Of a DNA stretch of 64,000 nt, positions 1 through 10,569 are shown piece by piece. Origin of the DNA: Rhynchopus sp. YZ270_cl-10 (lineage: Eukaryota). How positions within the stretch are numbered: position 1 is the stretch's first letter; each line of letters starts with the position of its first letter. The DNA is taken from NCBI GenBank assembly GCA_964035575.1, contig OZ037842.1, positions 62,001-126,000 of the forward strand, given 5' to 3'. Position numbers and translations under genes: made by a program. The notes below the pieces were generated by a model. That model was not told the origin of the DNA and made no database searches. It saw only the letters and a program-made list of their open reading frames with translations.

Positions 1-3000
1 TCTAGCTAGTTTATCATATTCAACCTGACGTGGGGGTAAGGGTAACATACGAGGAGGAGGCAGGGGTGCCAAAGTCCTAGGCGAGCGCGACTCACCTGCA
101 CCGAGGGGGCCAAGTGTAGCAGGGACACGCGACTCGCCTGCTGGTGCTGCTGTGTCCGTGGGCGAGTAGCTTGCTTGGTATGGGGCCAGCGTTCTGTACG
201 GAGCGAATGTGCTTGGCGTGTCGGTCAAAGGAGCGCGCGACAACCCAGGAGGTGCCTCCGAACTGTCTGGTGAGTACGTCGACGGTTGCCCAGGCGCGAA
301 GGAACGTGGCACGGATGTGACGTACGGAGCCAACGTCCTCACGGGAAGTGGCGCACGTGAAGATCCTGCCGGTGCTTCGGACAAGTCTGGTGAATACGTC
401 AGTGTGGCCGGGGAGAAAGACCTCGGCGTGCCCGTTCCAGGCACAGGGGCCAGCGTCACACCAGGTGCATCTGTGACAGGTGCACGTGAAGATCCTGCTG
501 GTGCTTCAGTATCCTGTGGAGAATATGTCCCAGGGCTGAGGGACCTTACCACAGGCACTCCTGTGGCAGGTGCATCTGTCTGCGGGGGCAGTGTCAGCCC
601 AGGCACATTGGTGATCGGAGCAACTGTCATTCCTGGTGGTGCCTGAGTCGTGTCAGGAGAGTATGTTCCGGGTGTCAGCGATCTTGGAGTGAACGTCGGC
701 GGGGCAGGTGTGGGAGGTGCGTTTGTCTGTGGGGGAAGTGTGACTCCTGGAGCAGCTGTGATGGGTGCAACTGTCATTCCCGGTGGTGCTGGAGTCATGT
801 CAGGAGAGTATGTTCCAGGTGCCAGTGATCTTGGAGTGATCGTCGGCGGTGCAGGTGTGGGAGGTGCGTTTGTCTGTGGAGGAAGTGTGACTCCTGGAGC
901 AGCTGTGATTGGTGCAATTGTCATTCCTGGTGGTGCTGGAGTCGTGTCAGGAGAGTACGTTCCAGGTGTCAGTGATCTCGGGGTGATGGTCGGCGGTGCA
1001 GGTGTGGGAGGTGCATCTGTCTGTGGGGGAAGTGTCACTCCTGGAGCAGCTGTGATGGGTGCAACTGTCATTCCCGGTGGTGCTGGAGTTGTGTTAGGAG
1101 AGTATGTTCCAGGTGCCAGCGATCTTGGGGTGATGGTCGGAGGTGCAGGTGTGGGAGGTGCGTCTGTCTGTGGAGGCAGTGTGACTCCTGGAGCAGCTGT
1201 GATGGGTGCAACTGTCATTCCCGGTGGTGCCTGAGTCATGTCAGGAGAGTATGTTCCAGGTGCCAGCGATCTCGGGGTGATGGTCGGAGGTGCAGGTGTG
1301 GGAGGTGCATCTGTCTGTGGGGGAAGTGTGACTCCTGGAGCAGCCGTGATTGGTGCAACTGTCATTCCTGGTGGTGCTGGAGTTGTGTTAGGAGAGTACG
1401 TTCCAGGTGCCAGCGATCTTGGAGTGATGGTCGGCGGTGCAGGTGTGGGAGGTGCGTTTGTCTGTGGGGGAAGTGTCACTCCTGGAGCAGCTGTGATGGG
1501 TGCAACTGTCATTCCTGGTGGTGCCTGAGTCATGTCAGGAGAGTATGTTCCAGGTGCCAGCGATCTTGGGGTGATGGTCGGAGGTGCAGGTGTGGGAGGT
1601 GCGTTTGTCTGTGGGGGAAGTGTGACTCCTGGAGCAGCTGTGATTGGTGCAACTGTCATTCCTGGTGGTGCTGGAGTTGTGTTAGGAGAGTATGTTCCAG
1701 GTGCCAGCGATCTTGGGGTGATGGTCGGCGGTGCAGGTGTGGGAGGTGCATCTGTCTGTGGGGGAAGTGTCACTCCTGGAGCAGCTGTGATGGGTGCAAC
1801 TGTCATTCCCGGTGGTGCTTGAGTGGTGGCAGGAGAGTACGTTCCAGGTGCCAGCGATCTTGGAGTGATGGTCGGCGGTGCAGGTGTGGGAGGTGCGTTT
1901 GTCTGTGGAGGCAGTGTGACTCCTGGAGCAGCCGTGATAGGTGCAACTGTCATTCCCGGTGGTGCTGGAGTTGTGTTAGGAGAATACGTGCCAGGTGCCA
2001 GTGATCTTGGAGTGATGGTCGGCGGTGCAGGTGTGGGAGGTGCATCTGTCTGTGGGGGAAGTGTCACTCCTGGAGCAGCTGTGATGGGTGCAACTGTCAT
2101 TCCTGGTGGTGCCTGAGTCATGTCAGGAGAGTATGTTCCAGGTGCCAGCGATCTTGGAGTGATGGTCGGCGGTGCAGGTGTGGGAGGTGCGTCTGTCTGT
2201 GGAGGCAGTGTGACTCCTGGAGCAGCTGTGATGGGTGCAACTGTCATTCCTGGTGGTGCCTGAGTTGTGTCAGGAGAGTACGTTCCAGGTGCCAGCGATC
2301 TTGGGGTGATAGTAGGAGGTGGCATTGTCGGCGGCGGGTTTGTCACCGGTGCGGTAGTGGGTGCAATAGTAACTGGTGGATTGGTTGGTGGAACTCCTGG
2401 GACTCCTGTCGGTGGTGCAGGTGTCACTGGTGCGGGTGTCGGCGGTGCCGGCGCAATTGTAACAGGTGCGGGTGTCACTGGTGCTGTTGTCGGTGCAGTT
2501 GTCGCTGGTGCCATAGTTTCACACTTGTCGATTGTCACCATCTGGCGACCACGGTTAGTTGCGCCGTGGTTTGCCCACGTCGAACCCACCTCTCCCCCAC
2601 CAAATGCAAGAGCAAGGCCAAACGCAGTACCAAACACAAGCGACTTCGTGCTGCTCATAGGGTCCATGTCATAAATGTTACGCTGGAACGTGCATGTCAG
2701 TGACCCACCTGTTTCTGTCGATGTTCCAGGAGTTGTCTCAGTGTTGTCCTGTGTTGTGGGTGCGCCAGGGGCAGTCGTCTGAGCGAATCCTTGTGGGTTC
2801 ACGGAAGTCGAGCAGGCAACAATGTTCAGTCCCATCATGTTGGCAGGTGTAGCATCATCAGCAAACCCAAGTGCTGCGTACTGTGGTGTGGAGCCAGAGT
2901 TCATAGTAACTGTGAATTGCACCTGGTCCTGTCCTGCGTCCTTCCCAACAACGTAACCGATAGACAACAGTCCCATTTTCACGTTACCTGCGGCACAAGC

Positions 3001-5442
3001 ACCAGACACGAATCCAGCCACCACTGGCGCAGGTGTTGGCGGTGCGACTGTGACTGGGGCAGTGGTGGGAGCTGGAGTTACCGGCGCTGGAGTAAGAGGA
3101 GCAGTGGTCGCCGGTGCTGTTGTCGGTGCAATCGTGTCTGGTGCCATAGTTTCACACTTGTCGATTGTCACCATCTGGCGACCACGGTTAGTTGCACCGT
3201 GGTTTGCCCACGTCGAACCCACCTCTCCCCCACCAAATGCAAGAGCAAGGCCAAACGAAGTACCAAACACAAGCGACTTCGTGCTGCTCATAGGGTCCAT
3301 GTCGTAAATGTTACGCTGGAACGTGCATGTCAGTGACCCACCTGTTTCTGTCGATGTTCCAGGAGTTGTCTCAGTGTTGTCCTGTGTTGTGGGTGCGCCA
3401 GGACCAGCCACCTGAGCGAATCCTTGTGGGTTCACGGAAGTCGAGCAGGCAACAATGTTCAGTCCCATCATGTTGGCAGGTGTAGCATCATCAGCAAACC
3501 CAAGTGCTGCGTACTGTGGTGTGGATCCAGAGTTCATAGTAACTGTGAATTGCACTTGGTCCTGTCCTGCATCCTTCCCAACAACGTAATCGATAGACAA
3601 CAGTCCCATTTTCACGTTACCTGCGGCACAAGCACCAGCCACGAATCCAGCCACCACTGGCGCAGGTGCGGGTGTTGGCGGTGCCGGTGTCACTGGTGCT
3701 GTTGTAGGCGCAATCGTGTCTGGTGCCATAGTTTCACACTTGTCGATTGTCACCATCTGGCGACCACGGTTAGTTGCGCCGTGGTTTGCCCACGTCGAAC
3801 CCACCTCTCCCCCACCAAATGCAAGAGCAAGGCCAAACGCAGAACCAAACACAAGCGACTTCGTGCTGCTCATAGGGTCCACGTCATAAATGTTACGCTG
3901 GAACGTGCATGTCAGTGACCCACCTGTTTCTGTCGATGTTCCAGGAGTTGTCTCAGTATTGTCCTGTGTTGTGGGTGCGCCAGGACCAGCCACCTGAGCG
4001 AATCCTTGTGGGTTCACGGAAGTCGAGCAAGCAACAATGTTCAGACCCATCATGTTGGCAGGTGTAGCATCATCAGCAAACCCAAGTGCTGCGTACTGTG
4101 GTGTGGAGCCAGAGTTCATAGTAACTGTGAATTGCACCTGGTCCTGTCCTGCATCCTTCCCAACAACGTAATCGATAGACAACAGTCCCATTTTCACGTT
4201 ACCTGCGGCACAAGCACCAGCCACGAATCCAGCCACCACTGGCGCAGGTGCGGGTGTTGGCGGTGCCGGTGTCACTGGTGCTGTTGTCGGTGCAATCGTG
4301 TCTGGTGCCATAGTTTCACACTTGTCGATTGTCACCATCTGGCGACCACGGTTAGTTGCACCGTGGTTTGCCCACGTCGAACCCACCTCTCCCCCACCAA
4401 ATGCAAGAGCAAGTCCAAACGCAGTACCAAACACAAGCGACTTCGTGCTGCTCATAGGGTCCACGTCGTAAATGTTACGCTGGAACGTGCATGTCAGTGA
4501 CCCACCTGTTTCTGTCGATGTTCCAGGAGTTGTCTCAGTGTTGTCCTGTGTTGTGGGTGCGCCAGGGGCAGTCGTCTGAGCGAATCCTTTTGGGTTCACG
4601 GAAGTCGAGCAGGCAACAATGTTTAGACCGTTCATGTTGGCAGGTGTAGCATCATCAGCAAACCCAAGTGCTGCGTACTGTGGTGTGGAACCAGAGTTCA
4701 TAGTAACTGTGAATTGCACCTGGTCCTGTCCTGCATCCTTCCCAACAACGTAACTGACAGACAATCTAGCAAGGTTCACGTTACCTGCGGCACAAGCACC
4801 AGCCACGAATCCAGCCACCACTGGCGCAGGTGCGGGTGTTGGCGGTGCGGGAGTCGGAGGTGCAGGCGCAGGTGTTGGAGGTGCGTTCGTCACTGTGCAT
4901 TTAACAATATTAACGTTTTCGCGACCGCGGTTGGTACCATGGTATGCCCACGTGGAGCCAACCTCGCCAGGTCCGTATCCCCATGCAAGCCCAAAGTCAG
5001 CGCCAAACACAATTGAGTTAGTACTGCTGCCAGGGTCGGTCACAAACATGTCACGGAAAATCACACACGTGAGCTTTCCTGCAGCTTCAGAAATTGTTCC
5101 AAAGGATGTCTCGGTGTTGTCGATTGTCATCGGCGCGCCGGTGCCCATTGTCGTCTGGTATGCGTTCCCTGTGCCTGATGTGGAGCACGCAGCAAGACTC
5201 AGGTCCATCATGTTGTTCGGCATGCTGTTAGGTGCGACACCGATGGACGCCCACTGTGGGGTTTGACCGGAAGCGATTGAGATAGTGAACCTGGCCTGGT
5301 CCTGAGCACCGTCCATTCCGTCCACAATGGAGATGTCCATGTCACCAACCTTCAGGTCAAGGGCACCACACAGGCTCTGCACAAATTGAGTGTTGAACGC
5401 ATGAATCTGCGCCAGCAGCGTTACTGCTGTGATCCAGCGCAT
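1..5442 (-). CDS. DOMON-like/mucin surface protein, paralog 1 (3'-partial; 5 DOMON-like domains, then a Pro/Thr repeat stalk)
   Basis: ATG at 5442 with the same signal peptide (MRWITAVTLLAQIHA) and near-identical first domain as the 10570-18015 ORF. Four further ~580-630 bp domain repeats (ANM(M/N)GLNIV...STWANHGATNRG) follow, then 147-bp repeats. The frame is open to the window edge, so it is absent from the ORF track. A possible GTATGT splice donor lies at position 50. Confidence 0.9.
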   Translation of the reverse strand, partial: MRWITAVTLLAQIHAFNTQFVQSLCGALDLKVGDMDISIVDGMDGAQDQARFTISIASGQTPQWASIGVAPNSMPNNMMDLSLAACSTSGTGNAYQTTMGTGAPMTIDNTETSFGTISEAAGKLTCVIFRDMFVTDPGSSTNSIVFGADFGLAWGYGPGEVGSTWAYHGTNRGRENVNIVKCTVTNAPPTPAPAPPTPAPPTPAPAPVVAGFVAGACAAGNVNLARLSVSYVVGKDAGQDQVQFTVTMNSGSTPQYAALGFADDATPANMNGLNIVACSTSVNPKGFAQTTAPGAPTTQDNTETTPGTSTETGGSLTCTFQRNIYDVDPMSSTKSLVFGTAFGLALAFGGGEVGSTWANHGATNRGRQMVTIDKCETMAPDTIAPTTAPVTPAPPTPAPAPVVAGFVAGACAAGNVKMGLLSIDYVVGKDAGQDQVQFTVTMNSGSTPQYAALGFADDATPANMMGLNIVACSTSVNPQGFAQVAGPGAPTTQDNTETTPGTSTETGGSLTCTFQRNIYDVDPMSSTKSLVFGSAFGLALAFGGGEVGSTWANHGATNRGRQMVTIDKCETMAPDTIAPTTAPVTPAPPTPAPAPVVAGFVAGACAAGNVKMGLLSIDYVVGKDAGQDQVQFTVTMNSGSTPQYAALGFADDATPANMMGLNIVACSTSVNPQGFAQVAGPGAPTTQDNTETTPGTSTETGGSLTCTFQRNIYDMDPMSSTKSLVFGTSFGLALAFGGGEVGSTWANHGATNRGRQMVTIDKCETMAPDTIAPTTAPATTAPLTPAPVTPAPTTAPVTVAPPTPAPVVAGFVSGACAAGNVKMGLLSIGYVVGKDAGQDQVQFTVTMNSGSTPQYAALGFADDATPANMMGLNIVACSTSVNPQGFAQTTAPGAPTTQDNTETTPGTSTETGGSLTCTFQRNIYDMDPMSSTKSLVFGTAFGLALAFGGGEVGSTWANHGATNRGRQMVTIDKCETMAPATTAPTTAPVTPAPVTIAPAPPTPAPVTPAPPTGVPGVPPTNPPVTIAPTTAPVTNPPPTMPPPTITPRSLAPGTYSPDTTQAPPGMTVAPITAAPGVTLPPQTDAPPTPAPPTITPRSLAPGTYSPDMTQAPPGMTVAPITAAPGVTLPPQTDAPPTPAPPTITPRSLAPGTYSPNTTPAPPGMTVAPITAAPGVTLPPQTNAPPTPAPPTITPRSLAPGTYSPATTQAPPGMTVAPITAAPGVTLPPQTDAPPTPAPPTITPRSLAPGTYSPNTTPAPPGMTVAPITAAPGVTLPPQTNAPPTPAPPTITPRSLAPGTYSPDMTQAPPGMTVAPITAAPGVTLPPQTNAPPTPAPPTITPRSLAPGTYSPNTTPAPPGMTVAPITAAPGVTLPPQTDAPPTPAPPTITPRSLAPGTYSPDMTQAPPGMTVAPITAAPGVTLPPQTDAPPTPAPPTITPRSLAPGTYSPNTTPAPPGMTVAPITAAPGVTLPPQTDAPPTPAPPTITPRSLTPGTYSPDTTPAPPGMTIAPITAAPGVTLPPQTNAPPTPAPPTITPRSLAPGTYSPDMTPAPPGMTVAPITAAPGVTLPPQTNAPPTPAPPTFTPRSLTPGTYSPDTTQAPPGMTVAPITNVPGLTLPPQTDAPATGVPVVRSLSPGTYSPQDTEAPAGSSRAPVTDAPGVTLAPVPGTGTPRSFSPATLTYSPDLSEAPAGSSRAPLPVRTLAPYVTSVPRSFAPGQPSTYSPDSSEAPPGLSRAPLTDTPSTFAPYRTLAPYQASYSPTDTAAPAGESRVPATLGPLGAGESRSPRTLAPLPPPRMLPLPPRQVEYDKLAR
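560..2310 (-). repeat. Coding tandem repeat, 147 bp (49 aa, PGTYSP...PGVTLPPQT), 12 units
   Basis: GGAGA(G/A)TA anchor recurs every 147 bp from about 657 to 2274. Confidence 0.95.
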
Positions 5443-5894
5443 TGTTTAAGTAATTTGTCCTGATTTAGATGTGGCGAGGGAGGGGAGAGGGTGGGATCAT
5501 TGGAAGGTGGGAAACGACGAACCACAGAAGAAACCCAATGCTCATTACTTTATTTCGAAGGAGAGGGAAAGACGCGACAGCAAATGTTTATTTTGGACAC
5601 TGAACTGCACTGAAACTACCTGGAAAAAAACACCTCCCCCCCTTTATTTTTGTATGTTGATTTGTGAACGGAGGTTTGCTAAACTACTTTTTGAAAAAAA
5701 CTACTCTTGTTTGGGTGGATGGGGGGGATACGGAAGGGAGAAAGAAAGAGAGAGACACGACCAAGAAACCTGACAGAGGAATATCACTGGAGCAACGGGG
5801 GTTTTACTCCATTTATTTAATCCTTGTTGTCAAGCACACACACCCCTGTAGGTTCAGGATCGGTGTGTTTATTCTTTTTTTTAATTTTTTGTTA

Positions 5895-6917
5895 GGGCTT
5901 CACGGCGTACGAAAGCGCTTCGAGGAGTTTTTTGAGAAATTTTCAAAAAAAAAAGCGCTTGAATTTTTAGGAAAAAGCGCTTTTTTTTCCTGAAGGGGTT
6001 TGTTAAGGGGGTTTAAGTCCACACTACAAGTGACCCAAACCAAATTTATCGAGTCGCCGATTTCCCGCTGTGGGCATTTTTCTGACAAAAATTACGAACG
6101 CAGTGCCATTTTATGGCAACATTTTTTAGAAATGTTGCGTACCGTGGCTTCGCCAGGAACCTTTGGGTGCCATGACCGCTGTTTACTGATAAGAAGGCTG
6201 ACATCCACTGCGGCTTGTGGACGGCCACCTGCACCGGCCACGGAAGAGTACAATGTACATGCCTCCTGCATAACAGCCCGGTAGGAAGTGAGAAGGATCG
6301 AATGTCGCTGATTCGGAGGAACTCTGACTGTGCTTGGGTAACATTCGTCTCTCTGCCGGAGGCTACGATTGCAGGGGGTTTTTTTTTTGGGACCATCCAA
6401 CAGAAGTTTTTCAAAACTCAAAAATCCTGGCGGCGGGGCTGACCCCAACCAAAATATCAAAAAAATCATGAGAACAGGTACGCCTTACCAAAAACCCCAC
6501 ACAAAAAAAAAAAAGCGCTTTTTTTTCATCAAGCGAAAAGTGCTTTTTTTTCCCCCCGAAAAAAAAAAACGCTTCAAGCGCTTTCGTACGCCGTGGGGCT
6601 TAGTTATTTTTTTTTTTGGTACGCGTCCGCGCGCGCTCAAATTTTTGGAAATCCAAAAATAAAAAATAAAAAATAAAAAATAAAAAAAAAATATGCCGGT
6701 GTGGTGTGCATAGAAAAGTATTAAAAAAAAAGTTGGAAAATTTCAACAATTTTTTTTTCCGAATATTTTTTTCGAAATATTTTTTTTTTGGGCACAACAT
6801 TGATTTTGCAGCCAAAACAAGTTATTTTTTTTTGGTATTTTATTTTTTTTTGCGCGCGCGCGCTCAAAATTTGAGGGGGGTCCCGGACGCGTACCAAGAA
6901 AAAAAATAACTAAGCCC
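5895..6917. mobile_element. MITE with GGG termini and TTA target duplication (PIF/Harbinger-like), interrupted by a nested element
   Basis: TIR gggcttagttatttt...ggtacgcgtcc / ggacgcgtacc...aaataactaagccc. TTA at 5892-5894 and 6918-6920. Confidence 0.75.
5901..6595. mobile_element. Non-autonomous TIR element with CAC...GTG termini and 6-bp TSD GGGCTT
   Basis: 20-bp perfect TIR cacggcgtacgaaagcgctt / aagcgctttcgtacgccgtg. GGGCTT at 5895-5900 and 6596-6601. Confidence 0.8.
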
Positions 6918-7089
6918 TTATTTGTGAAAAATTGCTTTTTGTTGGAAACCCTTGTAATAGTGTAGACATGGTGTTTTCTCACCGATCTATCAGTTTTTTC
7001 ATGTTGGTTTTTTTTTACTTTGTTTTTTGATAAATTGTTGGAGTAGTGTAGTTGCCTCGGTTGTGTTGCCACAGTTGTGCAATCTCCAC

Positions 7090-7131
<42 letters not shown>

Positions 7132-7140
7132 AAATTTTTG

Positions 7141-7901
7141 CAGGCCTTTTGCTAACCATCATGCCATCATGCCACGTTTTTGGGCGTTTTTTATTTTTTT
7201 TTTCCATCATGCCACCATCATGCCACGGGGGGTGGTGGGGCAAGGCTTTCGCTATCCATCACCTGGGGATTTCCCCCCAGATGGCATGATGGCATGATGG
7301 CATGATGGCATGATGGCATGATGGCATGATGGCATGATGGCATGATGGCATGATGGCATGATGGCATGATGGCATGATGGCATGATGGCATGATGGCATG
7401 ATGGCACCTTAAAATTTTTCTGCTCGCTGCGCTCGCGGAGGTATACCTCAAAAAAATTTCCGCTCGCTTCGCTCGCGCTGTACGCCATTTTCTTCCTGCC
7501 TACGGTGCCATTTTACAATGTCTAAGGGGATTCCCTTGCATTTTGCAGTCAAAAATGAAACTTGACCCAAGCTGCAAAAATTTGACCATTTTTAGTTCAA
7601 AGTGACCCAACCATTGCAACAGCCCCTGCTTCTGGAAGACGTATTGATTTTGTACGGTTAGTGTACGTAAGGCGCAAGACCAAGCGCCGTTAATAAAGGA
7701 TTAGATTCCGTTTTTTTGTTATCTCGCAAAGCTGACCCTTCGCCTCTCCGCCCTGTGGCTGGCAGGGAGGCGCGCGCGAAGCGCGCGACGACCGCTTTCA
7801 CCAGGTGGGAAAGCTCGGAATGTACTTTTTTTCCAGGAAATTATTTTTTTTTGACCATCATGCCATTCAGGGGGAAAATCCCAACGTTAGCAAAAGGCCT
7901 G
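7141..7901. mobile_element. Non-autonomous TIR element with CAGG termini and 9-bp TSD
   Basis: 16-bp TIR caggccttttgctaac / gttagcaaaaggcctg. aaatttttg on both flanks (7132-7140 and 7902-7910). Confidence 0.8.
7281..7406 (+). repeat. (ATGGCATG)n 8-bp tandem repeat, about 15.5 copies, inside the TIR element
   Basis: Perfect tandem array. Inverted single units (catcatgcca) at about 7158-7225 and 7856. Confidence 0.95.
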
Positions 7902-10569
7902 AAATTTTTGGGATGCGAATGGGTTTTCCGTCCCAGTGGTGTATGTCCAACGACACCCCCCGAATTATTTTGCGAAGAGGATTATCAAGCGGGCTTTTGG
8001 TTGTTCTATGACAACAAATGCAGTTAAAAAACAAAAAAGGCGGTAACATGAGCCTCAGCCTTACGTGCTATTACGCCCCCCCGAGAAAAAAAGAAAAAAA
8101 GAAACCCGGAAAACATTTAAGCCGATCTGGAGGGGAAGGGGGGGACGGGGGGAAAAAGCAAAGCAGTGGAGGCAATGTTTTGTTTGTGGAGGAGGCACGC
8201 AGCTACCTATGATGGACATGGCGTACGCTACGCAGCCGGCAACACACCAAGGAATGTTCAGGGGGGAAAAAAACCCCCTCAACTCACGTGCTTACTAAAA
8301 AAAGACGAGAGAGGAACCCTGGATGCGTCTGGATGTGTATTGTTAGAGGAAGCAGAGGGGTTAAAAACAGATGGGGTTCTTTCGTACGTCACTAATGGGG
8401 GGGAAACGTTTAAGACGATAAACGCTCGCGTGTTTAGTCATCTGAGAAAAAAAGTCAAGAAAGCTGACAAACGTGCAGATGGCGATAGTTGCGCGTGGGG
8501 AGAGAGGTTGGGGGGGGCGGGAGAAATGGGGGGAGGTTTGCGGGTAAAACTGTCAAAAAAAAAATCCCCTCCTTGCACGCACACCAAAAAAAAAATTCTC
8601 TGAATTCGCAAAAAACAAAAATGGTGTTTATCGATCGGGCACCTTCAAAAGAGGGTAGGTTTTTTCCGTTTTGTCTCCCTTTGTTGGATGAAACGATGCA
8701 ACGTTGTCCCACGGCACGTTCACGATCAATTGAAGACTTGCTGTTAACGTAACTCTGTTTGGTAGGATCCTCATGTGTCGAGCGACTCGTGCGATGCAAT
8801 AAAATCTGCTGTGAGATGTTACAGCAAAAAGTGAAGCCACAACAACGACCATAGGGCCGGTTTGGGTGTTTGTCTTTTTCGGTGACCTCTGCTGCCAACT
8901 CTCAGAGAGACATCAAGAGGATACTTTCTTTTTTGTACCAATCACCCTAAGCAAACTAACGAAGCGGGAAAACACCCCATCCTCCTTTGGGACCCAAGTA
9001 GTCAAGGTTTTTTCGCGTATTTATGGAATAATAATTGGTGGCTTCTGTTTATGGGGCTCTTGAGTGAACCCGCTTTATTCTCTTTTTACCCCATTCTCCA
9101 CAAAAAAAAGGGGGGGAGAGGTTTTTTGTAAAATGAACTTGAGACTCGCGTTGCTCAGCCACTTTTGTATGAAAAGCCATTAGTTTTATTGTGTTGGCAT
9201 TTTTAGAGGGAAAATCCTATCGTGATCATCTCAGCCAGACACAACTCAGCACCACTTTTTTGAGTACGGTACCCTTGGTGCAGCTGCAATACGACCTGTT
9301 CCGACCAATCGCACAAAGTTAGGACCAAAAACAAAAAACAAACAAAAAAAAAAAAACTACCAAAATAAAAGAAGGGAGGAAGCATATACTCTCGCTGCAA
9401 ATAAAAAAAAGGGGGGGAGAAAAAAAAAAAGAAAAGACTTGAAACACGAACACACGAACAGCCTCATGACTCAAATGGGCGCACAACTTTCAAAAAAAAA
9501 GCTCGAAGCATTTGCTTCGGAGCAAAAACATTTGTCGGCATATCACCCCTCATAACCAAAGTACTTCTTTTGAAAACCTGGCTGTGTTTGTGTGGCACCC
9601 AAGGACGCTCACTTGAGGGTAAAATATGTTGGAACTGTGCACTCCCCTCACCAATTCCATTTTTAAAACTAGATCTATCAATTTGCCAGCGAGAGACCTG
9701 AACAAAAAAAAAACTGAACGCTATGAATAAAAAAGAAAACTTGAAGAGATAAACGTGTCTCGCGCACACGCACACATCTGAACAAAAAAAGTCAATGTGA
9801 ATGATCTTTCAATTTGCCCTTCAAAAAAAAAAGAATGATTGTGTCAGTGTGAAAAGCCTTTTTGTGGGAGGTGGGGGGACGGATGCGCTGTCTCTGCGAA
9901 AGCGAACCACTCTCAGAATGGACACATGCGCTCCTCTCGTTTGCGTGGTAGCTGCCGCGAATCAGAAGTCCCCAAAAAAAAGTTTGTAAAATAAAACAAA
10001 AAACCCTCCCGAACTCGAAAGGTCTTTGCTCGAAAGAATGCGCCTTGCAACCTGGAAGAGGTTGAACACACTGCAGGCGAACCGCTTCTTCGAAAAGCAC
10101 TTGAACTGTCTTGCAACAGCAATGCACGGAAGAAGGCCAGAACGCGCTTTCTCATCTAGAGCCCAACGAGAACGGGAGGGGGAGGGAAACAAAAAAATGA
10201 CTTGACCCCCCAGACCGGAGACTGCTCCAGAAATACCCAGTGAATTGCATAAGTGAATATGAATACCCATGAGACACCACAGCGTGCCGTCTCGTACCCC
10301 TTTTGTGTTCAAAACCCATCCCCAAAGCATAAAAGCATGCGGCCACAGCACCAATGTGGGCAGTTGGTCGTCATTGCTATCTGAAAGCGGGGCCCCGCAT
10401 TGGCACCCCGGCGGGATGCTCTTTATTCTTGTTCTTTTCTTTTTTGTATTATATTTCAACAATTTGAAGGACAGCGTACACTTCACAGGCATACTTCACA
10501 TCCTTCAACGTCTTCATCTGTGAAGTGTGTGTAGTACACAAACAAACCTTGGCACATACCAAATCAACA

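Noticed and set aside
7218..7488. ORFs with HHAIMPSC repeats
   Set aside because: Translation of the ATGGCATG microsatellite.
8400..10500. Short ORFs in the spacer between paralogs 1 and 2
   Set aside because: They are interrupted by homopolymer runs, with no motifs or coding bias.
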